Part shown: in pieces, positions 55,561 to 64,000 of the stretch
Layout of the letters: each line of letters begins with the position of its first letter
How positions within the stretch are numbered: the first letter of the stretch is position 1
Assembly (NCBI GenBank): GCA_965223845.1
Contig: CBDCXR010000004.1
Location: 3,680,001 to 3,744,000, forward strand
DNA length: 64,000 nucleotides
Direction: 5' to 3'
Source: Planctomycetota bacterium
Lineage (GTDB): Bacteria; Planctomycetota; UBA8108; SXIK01
Notes under the pieces: generated by a model
Databases searched by the model: none
Seen by the model: only the letters and a program-made list of their open reading frames with translations
What the model was told of the DNA's origin: nothing
Program-made: the position numbers and the translations under genes

Positions 55561-56880
55561 TCAGATGCCCGCACTCAGGACGAGCGTCGCGAGTGCCGTC
55601 GCGTAGATACGCCCCCCGACCGGCCCCCACCGATCCGATGGGTGCCAGCTCCCGCGAAGCTGCCCGTTGGGAATCTGCGCGCCGAGGAGGACCGTCGCGG
55701 CTGCGCTCTGGCGCGAACGCGCGGCATCGGACGGAGTGGCGTGACGGAGGACGTCGGCATCGACGTACACTTCGTAGAAGTCGACCCCACCGGCCGCGCC
55801 CGGAAGCGGCTTTCGCAGCACGGCGTCGGCCGCACGCCGGATTCCGCGGGGGGACGTCGCGAACGCAGGAATGAGCTCACGATTGCACAGGTGACCTCCG
55901 CGACCGCGGTAGCGAAGCGCCGCGTCTCCCGTGTGGCGGTGAGAATCCTCGAGCCATTCACCGGCGTCCGTCGCGCACCGGCGGAGTTCTCGGACGAGCG
56001 TCGCCGTCGAGTCTCCCGGCTCGCTTCGACTTTCGAGTAGAGCCAGAGCTTCCCCGGCGGCACGCGCCGCCCAGTAGGTGATCGGTCCGTTCGGGATCGG
56101 TGGATCCTCGGAAGTCTCCGCTGCGTATCCCCACCACCCACCGCGCTGGAGTGCGACAAGGCGGGCGAGCCCTCGCTCGAGAACGTCCGGGGGCACCGGC
56201 TCTCCACGCGCGGCGACTCGCGTCAGCGCGAGTGTCGCGAGACCGTGGTTGTACATCGCACCGCGAAACTCCCGGCCGAAGAGACCGCTCTCGGTCTGCT
56301 TACGAGAGAGAAACTCGACGCCGCGCGCGATCGACAGCTTCGCTGCTTCGTCGCGAGCTCCGCCGGACTCGAGTGCGAGCACCGCGAGAGCGGACAGCCC
56401 GACCCGATACTCCGGATCGCCCTCCCAATGGGAGGGATCCCAGCCGCCGTCCGGATCTTGGGCCGCGACCAGCCACGCGTGTGCGCGAAGGAGAGCCGAC
56501 TCGACGGTGACGAGTTTCCCCTCAGGGCCATCGCCTCGGTCCCGGAGCGCGATCCACCCCACGCCGACGACGATCACCGCGGCGGCCGCCGCGCTCGCCA
56601 GAATCCGGGCGACTCGCGGCGCGCGCACGCTACGGCGAAGGGCGGCACGAGCGGTAGCGGACAACGAGCTCTCGAGACGGGGACGCGCACGCTCAGACGC
56701 GCGCTCGAGCCACGCGATCGTCTTCTTGAAGCGCTCGACCTCGTTCTCGCAAGACGTGCAGCCTCGGAGGTGATTCGCGATTCCTTCGCGCTCGGGTGCA
56801 TCGAGCCTCTCGCTCGCAAATGCGGAGAGATCCTCCGGCGAAGGACACAGCCTCGACTCGCTCCCGTCAATCGTCGCCAT
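55561..56880 (-). CDS. zf-HC2 anti-sigma factor with extracytoplasmic prenyltransferase/squalene-oxidase repeat domain
   Basis: HLRGCTSC, TM, WLVAAQDPDGGW, FLSRKQTESGLF, MYNHGLATLAL, GSW..GGRIYATALA. Confidence 0.85.
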   Translation of the reverse strand: MATIDGSESRLCPSPEDLSAFASERLDAPEREGIANHLRGCTSCENEVERFKKTIAWLERASERARPRLESSLSATARAALRRSVRAPRVARILASAAAAAVIVVGVGWIALRDRGDGPEGKLVTVESALLRAHAWLVAAQDPDGGWDPSHWEGDPEYRVGLSALAVLALESGGARDEAAKLSIARGVEFLSRKQTESGLFGREFRGAMYNHGLATLALTRVAARGEPVPPDVLERGLARLVALQRGGWWGYAAETSEDPPIPNGPITYWAARAAGEALALLESRSEPGDSTATLVRELRRCATDAGEWLEDSHRHTGDAALRYRGRGGHLCNRELIPAFATSPRGIRRAADAVLRKPLPGAAGGVDFYEVYVDADVLRHATPSDAARSRQSAAATVLLGAQIPNGQLRGSWHPSDRWGPVGGRIYATALATLVLSAGI

Positions 56881-57454
56881 CGAGCATCTCCCTTAGCTTG
56901 AGGAGCGCGTTGTGCATGCGACTCTTCACCGTCCCGAGCGGGATCTCGAGGATCTCTCCGACCGTGCGGTAGTCGAGTCCTTCGAACACGGCGAGAACGA
57001 CGATCATTCGGTGCTTCTCGCCGAGACGATCGAGCGCATCGAGAAGATCGAGACGCGCGCCCGGTTCGTGCGCGACGGGCTCGGCGACGCCGGTGGCCGA
57101 CTCGTCCGCGCCGTCGATCGGAACGGTCGAGACGCGCCGCAGCGACCGGCGCACGTTGTCGACCCACACGTTTCGCGCGATGCGAAGGAGGAGCGGCCGA
57201 AACGTTCCCCCGGTTAGGTCGCGATACCGATGCCGCGACTTCCAGAGCTTGAGGAACGTCTCCTGCACCATGTCCTCCGCTTCGTTCTCTCGCGCGCCGA
57301 GGAGTCGCACGAATCGAATGAGATCCCGCTCCCACCGATCGACCACGCGGTCGAAGGCGCTCGCATCGCCACTCCGTAGTCGCACCAAGAGCTCATCGTC
57401 GCCCGGAATCCCATCGGGTTCCTCCCGCTCGCGGTCCACCTCAGTCGAAGCCAC
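56867..57454 (-). CDS. ECF RNA polymerase sigma factor
   Basis: AEDMVQETFLKLW, LLRIARN, ILEIPLGTVKSRMHNA; start uncertain (GTG 57454 preferred). Confidence 0.9.
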   Translation of the reverse strand: MASTEVDREREEPDGIPGDDELLVRLRSGDASAFDRVVDRWERDLIRFVRLLGARENEAEDMVQETFLKLWKSRHRYRDLTGGTFRPLLLRIARNVWVDNVRRSLRRVSTVPIDGADESATGVAEPVAHEPGARLDLLDALDRLGEKHRMIVVLAVFEGLDYRTVGEILEIPLGTVKSRMHNALLKLREMLDGDD

Positions 57455-57541
57455 GAACGTTCGCGTCCTGGGCGATGGAGTACCGAGAATCGCGCCCGGA
57501 GACGTACCTCGAAACGGTCCGCTCGAGCGCTCTAAGAAGAG

Positions 57542-57567
57542 AACGCCGGAGCGACGGGCGCGGTTCA
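57542..57567 (-). promoter_or_regulatory. Putative autoregulatory ECF promoter TGAAC-N17-CGTT
   Basis: Classic AAC/CGT ECF architecture upstream of the sigma gene. Confidence 0.5.
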
Positions 57568-57691
57568 CTCCCCGGTCTCCCCTTCGTATGGGGAACTGCC
57601 CCCGCCGCGCACGACGCCGCGCTCGACCTCCCCAAGCGATTGAGCTCCAGCCAGTTAGGGTCGTCAGACGCTCGGATCGCGCCGGTGCTCC

Positions 57692-59281
57692 TCATCGCGA
57701 TAGGTTCTCCCAGATCGTGATCGAGTCCGCCAGATCGTCACCGTCCTTCTTCGCCATGCTCATATTTCCGACCACGAGATCGGCATCTCCGTCGAGATCG
57801 AGATCGCCGGCGGCGAACGCCGGATGAAAGCAGGTCACCGACTCGAGCGGCCGTCGCTCGAACTTCCCGGGCGCGATCTGCTCGAGCCAGAGGAGCGACT
57901 CCGCAAGCTCGACTCCCGGCCGGCCCGCGCGCAGGAACGGGATGAAGGTGGAGACGACGACATCGCGATCGCCATCGCCGTCGAGGTCGACGGCCTTCGC
58001 GGCGTGGGCCCCGGAGACATCGGCGAGGCGGCGCGCGCGGAACGAGAGGTTCCCCAGATTCTCCAGCCACTCGACGCCGTGATACGGCTTGAGCACGAGA
58101 TCGTCGAGCGTGTCACCGTTCGAGACGATCGCGTCGAGGTCGCCATCCCCGTCGAGATCGTCGAGCGAGAGTCCCGAGCATCCCCAGTTCGGATGCGGAG
58201 CGGTAAACAGCGTGCGTGCTTCGAACACTCCGCCGCGGTTGAGAAACGCAACGACGGCCTCGTGCTGCTGCCCGAAGAGAGCGACGAAATCCGGCCGCCC
58301 ATCGCCGTCGAGGTCCGCCACCGGAACCTGAATCGATCCGGAACGACGATCGATCTCGCGGACCTCGAACTGAAGCTCGCGGCCGACTCCGCGGTTCTCG
58401 AGCCAGATCACACGTCCGATCTTTCGCCAACCGAACACGGCGACGACGACATCGAGGTCGCCGTCCCCGTCGAAGTCGGCGGCGCGTGCGTCGGCGACGC
58501 GTCCGAGGCCAGTCGCGAGCGGGATCGCCCGAAAGCTCTGGGTCTCGGTCGCGCGAAGTAGAACGACCGACCCCGTCGTCACGTCCGACGGCGTCACCGT
58601 TCCCAGCGAAGACACGAGGACGTCGCGGCGGCCATCGCGGTCGAGATCGACGACCTCGGCGCGGCACGGCTGGCGAACTTTCCCGAGAACGACGATGCGA
58701 TCGGTCTGCGCGGTCGGCCGCGCGAGGTACACCTTGTTGAAACGCATCTCGCAGAAGAGAACCTCCGGCCGCGTCTCGTCGAGGAGGTGGACAATCTGAA
58801 CGTCAGCGATCGCGGGATAAGGCGGAAGGCCGCCGAGACGGATCGGCGTGCGCCGAAACGATACCGATCCCGCCGGCGCGCCGGCAGAGCTCGGGCAGGG
58901 CGGGAGCCGATCGGGAGCCCGTTCCGTGTAGTGTGCGATCGCCGCCTCCATCGGAGGCGCAGACTCGACGTCGCCACCGATCTTCTCCGCGTAGAGCTCG
59001 TACATGAGGCGGATCTCGGCGGGCCACCGCTCGCGCGGAAGGATCTCCGGCGCGGGGAAGCGATGGCACACGGAGCAAAACTCTCTGATCGCCGCTTCCG
59101 AATCCACAGCCGGAACAACCGGCGATCCCGGCGTGCCGGAATCGTCGTCGGCCTTCGGCGTGCACGCGGTGAGACCGAACGCAAGCGCGAGCACTCGAAC
59201 GGCGCGACCGAAGGGCTCGTAGACGTTTCCTGGGCTCTTCGTCCAGCTCAGCTCGATTCGGTTTCGATTCATTCTTGCCAT
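57692..59281 (-). CDS. Lipoprotein with monoheme cytochrome c domain and FG-GAP/VCBS repeats
   Basis: Lipobox LTAC, CSVCH, six DxDxDG repeats. Confidence 0.85.
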   Translation of the reverse strand: MARMNRNRIELSWTKSPGNVYEPFGRAVRVLALAFGLTACTPKADDDSGTPGSPVVPAVDSEAAIREFCSVCHRFPAPEILPRERWPAEIRLMYELYAEKIGGDVESAPPMEAAIAHYTERAPDRLPPCPSSAGAPAGSVSFRRTPIRLGGLPPYPAIADVQIVHLLDETRPEVLFCEMRFNKVYLARPTAQTDRIVVLGKVRQPCRAEVVDLDRDGRRDVLVSSLGTVTPSDVTTGSVVLLRATETQSFRAIPLATGLGRVADARAADFDGDGDLDVVVAVFGWRKIGRVIWLENRGVGRELQFEVREIDRRSGSIQVPVADLDGDGRPDFVALFGQQHEAVVAFLNRGGVFEARTLFTAPHPNWGCSGLSLDDLDGDGDLDAIVSNGDTLDDLVLKPYHGVEWLENLGNLSFRARRLADVSGAHAAKAVDLDGDGDRDVVVSTFIPFLRAGRPGVELAESLLWLEQIAPGKFERRPLESVTCFHPAFAAGDLDLDGDADLVVGNMSMAKKDGDDLADSITIWENLSR

Positions 59282-59329
59282 CGAGGTGAAACGCTTGGTG
59301 GGAGGACCCGAAAGCTCAAAGCAGCGGCT

Positions 59330-60892
59330 CTAGAACCGTCGACCGAGCAGGAGAAGCGCGACCGTCGGTACGGCGAGGAGTAGCGCGACGATCGAACACA
59401 AGGCGCCGGCTTCCGCCGTCATACCGTAGTGGATCAAGCTGAAGAATCGCATCCCCATCGTGGTGAAGTCCGGAGGAGCCACCAGAATCGACGCCGGGAG
59501 CTCGCCCACGGCGAGGATCGTGATGGCGAGAAACACGACGGCCGTCCACCGCGCGAAGAGCGGATGCACGAGGCGCGAGCCGATCTCGACGCGATCGCGA
59601 CAACCGTCGATCGCTGCGACGGATTCGAGCTCGACGGGGAAGGTTCGCATCGCGGGCAGAAGCAGAAGGATCGCGAGCGGAAAGAACCGTACGGCGTACG
59701 CGAGGCTCAAGATGAACGGACTGTCGTAAACGACGCCGAGGAACTCGGAGCTACTGAACATACGAACGAGACCGACACCGACGAGCGGCGCCGGCATCGC
59801 GAGGAGGACGACCGACGTGATCGCGACCGCGCGACGCCAGCCGGGTTGGCGAACCCACATCCACGCGCAGCCCGCCGCGAGCGCGGCGCAGATGGCAGCA
59901 CCGGTCGCCGCCGTCCATAGCGACGTTCGGATCTCCGGGGCGAACAGACGGAAGTAGTAGCCGAGAGTCTGCTGCCCCGGGAACGGATTCGCGACGGTCG
60001 CGAGGGGAACGGTCACCCAGAGTGCACAAACCACGACGGCGAAAATCGATACCGGCATTCGCGCCCCGCCGAGCGCGACGCGCCACGGTCGCGCTCCCGG
60101 AGGCAACTCGAGCGGACGGACGATGAACGCGCCCCTCGCGACCCAGATGAGCGGACCGAGCAATAGGATCTGCGGCAGCGCGATGAGAACGGCTTCGCGC
60201 GGCCGATTGAGCGCGTACAGCGTGTAGATCTCTTCCGGCAGGGTTCGGACTCGAATGACATCGGACGCCGAATAGTCGGTGAGAAGCCAGAGGACGACGA
60301 GAGTCGACGCGGCGGCGAGCGATGCGCGCGCCGCGGGCGCGCTCACGCGCGTGAGGACTCGCCACGAGCTCGCACCGTCGACGAGCGCCGCCTCCTCCCA
60401 AAGCGGTGGCACGGCACGGAGGCCGAGTCCCACGAGGAGCGCCCAGATGGGAACGTGACTGATGCCGTGAACCACCCCGAGCCCGATCGCGCTCCCGTCG
60501 AGGCTGGCTGCGCCGATCGTTCGGATCACGGCCGCATTGACGACGAAGAGGGGAAGCGCGGAACCGAAAACCAGGAGTGAGATACAGACGAAACGCGCGT
60601 GAACATCGGTCTTGAAGACGACGACCGCGAGTCCGCTGCCGATCGTTGCGCACACGACGATGGCGACCGCCGCGGAGAGCGCGGAGGTGCCGGCAAGGGA
60701 GGCCCACCGGTCGAGGTCGCCGTACGCCGCCACCCACGGAGAAAAATCGATCTCACCGTTCGCGTAGACGGTCGAAGCGACGAGGATGGCAAGGATGCTT
60801 CCACCGAGCGCCAGGGGCGCCAGGTGGATCGCGATGGCGACGGCGGCGAAAAGACGTCGCCAAATCGTCGGCCGCGCACGCCGCTCCGTCAC
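59330..60892 (-). CDS. ABC transporter permease (FbpB/AfuB-like, two TM domains)
   Basis: WEEAALVDGAS and LESVAAIDG EAA loops; multiple TMs. Confidence 0.85.
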   Translation of the reverse strand: MTERRARPTIWRRLFAAVAIAIHLAPLALGGSILAILVASTVYANGEIDFSPWVAAYGDLDRWASLAGTSALSAAVAIVVCATIGSGLAVVVFKTDVHARFVCISLLVFGSALPLFVVNAAVIRTIGAASLDGSAIGLGVVHGISHVPIWALLVGLGLRAVPPLWEEAALVDGASSWRVLTRVSAPAARASLAAASTLVVLWLLTDYSASDVIRVRTLPEEIYTLYALNRPREAVLIALPQILLLGPLIWVARGAFIVRPLELPPGARPWRVALGGARMPVSIFAVVVCALWVTVPLATVANPFPGQQTLGYYFRLFAPEIRTSLWTAATGAAICAALAAGCAWMWVRQPGWRRAVAITSVVLLAMPAPLVGVGLVRMFSSSEFLGVVYDSPFILSLAYAVRFFPLAILLLLPAMRTFPVELESVAAIDGCRDRVEIGSRLVHPLFARWTAVVFLAITILAVGELPASILVAPPDFTTMGMRFFSLIHYGMTAEAGALCSIVALLLAVPTVALLLLGRRF

Positions 60893-61959
60893 CGTAGGAA
60901 CCGCTCCTCGACGACACGACTCGCGGCGTCGAAGCTCTCCGCCGCGGTATCGAGGTCAACCTGCATCGCCCGAACGGAGTCGGGTCCTCGCACGCGCGGT
61001 GAGGGTTTCAGTCCTTCGCGAAGAGGAATCTGCGCCGACGGTCCGGCCGCGAGTCGTCGCTCGGTCTCGGCCGAGAGGAGGAACTCGATGAACCGAAGCG
61101 CTTCGTCCGGATGCGGCGCTCCCGCGACCATCGCGAGCGTGTTGGGGAGAAAGAGCGTACCCGGCTCGTTCTCACCTTGGTCGGGATAGACGATGCGCAC
61201 CGGGCGCCCCCGCTCGAGTTCGATGAGTGCGTCGTCGGTATCGGTGAGCCCGATCGCGGCACGTCCCTCGGCGACGGCGATCGCGCAGCCCTTGTTCCCG
61301 CCGTGGATCTGAACCTCGTTCGCTTTCAAAGCATCGAGAAACGCTGTCGCCTCCGCCTCGCCCCAGAGCGAGAAGAGGACCGCGACGTGCGATGCAGTCG
61401 TCCCGAAGAGCGGCTTAGCGACTGCGATCTTCCCGCGCCAACGCGGATCGAGGAGATCGCGCACCGAACGCGGCTCGTCTTCGTTCGGAACCATCTCCCG
61501 ATTTACGATGAGCACCCGAGCTCGCGCGGCGAACCCGTACCAGTACCCGGCCGAATCGCGGTACTGAGGGGGGATGCCTTCGGCTCCAGCCGGCGTGGAC
61601 GGCGCGAGCAAGCCCTCGCGCTTCAGATTGAGCGTATTGATGATTTCGTTGTTCCAAAAGACGTCGCATCGCGGCCGTTCCTTCTCCGCGCGGATTCGAT
61701 TGACGAGCCCGATGGTCTTCGTCGACTCCGGATCGTACGTCGCACGGACGCGAATCCCGGTCGCGCGCTCGAACTCGGCGAAAATGGGAGCGGAGAAGGC
61801 CCGGTCGAGCGCAGTGTAGACGACGACCTCCCGCTTCGTCGAATCCCCGCAGCCGAAACCGGCTGTCATGGTGATCGCTGCGATCACCGCCGCGCGCCAC
61901 GCGATCCGCGCAAACTCGTTCACTGCAAATCTCCTCCGTCGTACGTCATTTCGGTTCAC
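60889..61959 (-). CDS. ABC transporter substrate-binding lipoprotein (Fe3+/thiamine/sugar-phosphate class)
   Basis: GFGC lipobox-like; VVVYTALD, EFERATGIRV, DVFWNNE; start uncertain. Confidence 0.85.
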   Translation of the reverse strand: MNRNDVRRRRFAVNEFARIAWRAAVIAAITMTAGFGCGDSTKREVVVYTALDRAFSAPIFAEFERATGIRVRATYDPESTKTIGLVNRIRAEKERPRCDVFWNNEIINTLNLKREGLLAPSTPAGAEGIPPQYRDSAGYWYGFAARARVLIVNREMVPNEDEPRSVRDLLDPRWRGKIAVAKPLFGTTASHVAVLFSLWGEAEATAFLDALKANEVQIHGGNKGCAIAVAEGRAAIGLTDTDDALIELERGRPVRIVYPDQGENEPGTLFLPNTLAMVAGAPHPDEALRFIEFLLSAETERRLAAGPSAQIPLREGLKPSPRVRGPDSVRAMQVDLDTAAESFDAASRVVEERFLR

Positions 61960-63049
61960 CCCGGTCGAGGATCGATCTCTGCTCGCCCTCTTCGTCGAAG
62001 AGATACACCGAGGACCGATCCACCGCGACCCCGACGTGGTCCCCGCGGCCCGCGGCCTGATCCGGCTCGAGCGAGACCGTCCACACTAGACCGGACGGCC
62101 CTTCGATCTCGACGAACTCTTGGGCCCCGAGGCGGCGCGTCGAGGTCACTTCTCCGCGAAAGAGTGCCCTCGACTCGTCGACTGTGAGAGAAGCGTCTTC
62201 GGGTCTCACGCCCAGCGTCACCGCGCGCGCGGATCCGCTGAGCGGCGTGGACGGATCGAGCGTACAGGACCAACCCGGCGCCACGAAAGCCCGGTCGCCT
62301 CCGCGATCCTCGATCGATCCCGAAGCGAAATTGATCGCCGGTGCACCGAGCGCGGCCGCCACTGCGCGGAACTTGGGCCTCGCGTAGAGATCGGAAGACG
62401 TTCCGACCTGAACGATCTTCCCGCCGTGGAGAATCGCGACGCGATCGCCGAGGCTCCGCGCTTCGTCCTCGTCGTGGGTGACGTAGATCGTCGTCGTCGG
62501 GGATTCGCACTGCACCGCGCGAAGACGTCGGCGGAGGTCGAGCCGCAGTGCCGGGTCGAGACTGCTGAACGGCTCGTCGAAGAGCCACGCGCACGGCGAG
62601 CGCATCATCGCTTTGGCGAGCGCCACGCGCTGACGCTCCCCGCCGGAGAGCGAGTCCGGGCGACGATCGAGGAAGGGCTCGATCTGGAGCGAACGCGCGA
62701 CCTCTTCGAGCCGCGCGGCGGACTCGGCGCGTGGTTCACGGCGCAGCCGCGCGCCGAACATCAAGTTGCCGCGCACAGTGAGGTGCGGATAGAGCGCGAG
62801 CGACTGAAAGACCATCGCCACGTCGCGGGCGGCGGGTGGATGGTCGGTCACGTCGACGCCGCCGAGCCTCACGCGACCTTCGTCCGGCCGCTCGAGTCCG
62901 GCAGCGATGCAGAGGAGCGTCGTCTTTCCCGATCCCGAAGCACCGAGGAGCGCGAGCAACTCGCCGTCGCGCGCACTCAAGTCGAGAGACCGCAGGGCCG
63001 TATGCTGCCCAAAACGCTTAGTCACTCCGATGAGATCGATACTGGCCAT
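61946..63049 (-). CDS. ABC transporter ATP-binding protein (MalK/PotA type)
   Basis: GASGSGKTT, LSGGERQR, LFDEP, YVTHD, C-terminal TOBE. Confidence 0.92.
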   Translation of the reverse strand: MASIDLIGVTKRFGQHTALRSLDLSARDGELLALLGASGSGKTTLLCIAAGLERPDEGRVRLGGVDVTDHPPAARDVAMVFQSLALYPHLTVRGNLMFGARLRREPRAESAARLEEVARSLQIEPFLDRRPDSLSGGERQRVALAKAMMRSPCAWLFDEPFSSLDPALRLDLRRRLRAVQCESPTTTIYVTHDEDEARSLGDRVAILHGGKIVQVGTSSDLYARPKFRAVAAALGAPAINFASGSIEDRGGDRAFVAPGWSCTLDPSTPLSGSARAVTLGVRPEDASLTVDESRALFRGEVTSTRRLGAQEFVEIEGPSGLVWTVSLEPDQAAGRGDHVGVAVDRSSVYLFDEEGEQRSILDRGEPK

Positions 63050-63082
63050 CTCAGTTCGGGCGTGGGAGTCGACGGCGACGGA

Positions 63083-63199
63083 TCATGAGACGAATCATGA
63101 ACGTTTTATGAAGCAAGACTGCGCCAAATCCCGCGAATTCTCGCGTTTCTCCGTGCGTTCAAAGACGCTCATGAAACCCTTCATGCTTCCTGCTACGAT
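63083..63199. promoter_or_regulatory. Pho-box-like TCAT direct repeats in the divergent ABC/ppk1 promoter
   Basis: Minus strand GCTTCATAAAACGTTCAT (63097-63114); plus strand GTTCA/GCTCA/CTTCA repeats before TGcTACGAT. Confidence 0.45.
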
Positions 63200-63289
63200 G
63201 GGTCTCGTTTCGCGTCGGCGGCCACTCGAGACTCGCCGCGCGAACTGCGGTGCCCATCCTACTCCATCGAGCTTTAGAGAATCGCGGCG

Positions 63290-64000
63290 ATGCTGTTTCC
63301 AACAGAATCGTCTTCGAAGAAGACGGACGCGGCTGGCGGCGAACGAGGCTCTCGATTTGATCCTCGCGACGCGCAAGAGATCGGGGTCGACATCGATGCC
63401 CCCGAAAACTACCTCGATCGGGAGTTGAGCCTGCTCGAGTTCAACGCGCGCGTCCTCGAGCTTGCGCGCGATCCGTCCGTGCCGCTCCTCGAACGACTGC
63501 GCTTCCTCTGCATCTCGTCGTCGAACATGGACGAGTTCTTCGAGGTCCGGGTGTTCGGGCTCAAGCAGCGGATCGCGTTCGACTCCGCCATCCCGCAGAC
63601 GCCCGGCCTGCCGCGCCAGGAAGTGTTCCGGCGGATCAGTGCGAGAGCTCACGATCTCGTCGCCTCGCAGTACGAGACGCTCCAGGAGGAGATCCTGCCG
63701 GCGCTCGAGCGGGAGGGCGTCCGCCTGCTCAAGCGCACCGAATGGACGTCGGCACAGGCAGACTGGGTGCAGAGCTACTTCAAGAAGGAAGTACTTCCCG
63801 TTCTCACGCCGATCGGGCTCGACCCGGCGCACCCGTTTCCGCGCATCACGAACAAGAGCCTCAATTTCGTCGTCTCCCTCGAGGGAAAAGACGCGTTCGG
63901 GCGGAGCAGCCGCGCGGCGATCGTCCAGGCGCCGCGAATGCTCCCGCGTCTCACTCGCCTTCCGGCGGAGATTTCGGAGCTCCCCTACGAGTTCTTGATG
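63290..64000 (+). CDS. ppk1: Polyphosphate kinase 1, 3' truncated by window edge (absent from ORF track)
   Basis: YLDRELSLLEFNARVL, PLLERLRFLCISSSNMDEFFEVRV, VLPVLTPIGLDPAHPFPRITNKSLN. Confidence 0.95.
   Translation, partial: MLFPTESSSKKTDAAGGERGSRFDPRDAQEIGVDIDAPENYLDRELSLLEFNARVLELARDPSVPLLERLRFLCISSSNMDEFFEVRVFGLKQRIAFDSAIPQTPGLPRQEVFRRISARAHDLVASQYETLQEEILPALEREGVRLLKRTEWTSAQADWVQSYFKKEVLPVLTPIGLDPAHPFPRITNKSLNFVVSLEGKDAFGRSSRAAIVQAPRMLPRLTRLPAEISELPYEFLM

Noticed and set aside
55561-56550. Squalene-hopene cyclase
   Set aside because: Single toroid domain, no DXDD motif, fused to an anti-sigma domain
3122-63088. Many long antisense or alternative-frame ORFs (e.g. 3122-4993, 24289-26058, 43475-45448, 48112-49920, 52951-54855)
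   Set aside because: Shadow ORFs caused by high-GC codon bias; they overlap well-supported genes and carry no recognisable motifs

Overview
GC-rich bacterial chromosomal window, about 48 genes, most likely from an uncultured Planctomycetota lineage. That call is an inference from the C-terminal dockerin-like tail, the LTD-CotH protein, three ECF/anti-sigma pairs and the FG-GAP cytochrome. No rRNA, tRNA, CRISPR array, transposase or phage genes were seen. Housekeeping genes include an aminotransferase, ypdA, mgtE, a ROK kinase, ferredoxin, oxidase subunits III/IV, sixA, groES, a Ser/Thr dehydratase, an ABC importer and ppk1. The standout locus is 38.4-53.2 kb: ECF sigma, an anti-sigma/YfbK-VWA fusion, and two giant exported membrane proteins. 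Together the giants carry three copies of one ~1,150-aa beta-rich module, and two of the copies are joined by an internal signal-peptide-like cleavage site. Other notable items: a GAAAC-N16-CGTC ECF promoter found at three promoter positions, a HEAT/HD-GYP/kinase-STAND signalling operon, a candidate orphan sRNA, an exosortase with a SEC-C-tailed partner, a REP/MITE-like element and Pho-box-like repeats beside ppk1. All calls come from reading motifs by eye; no database searches were run.
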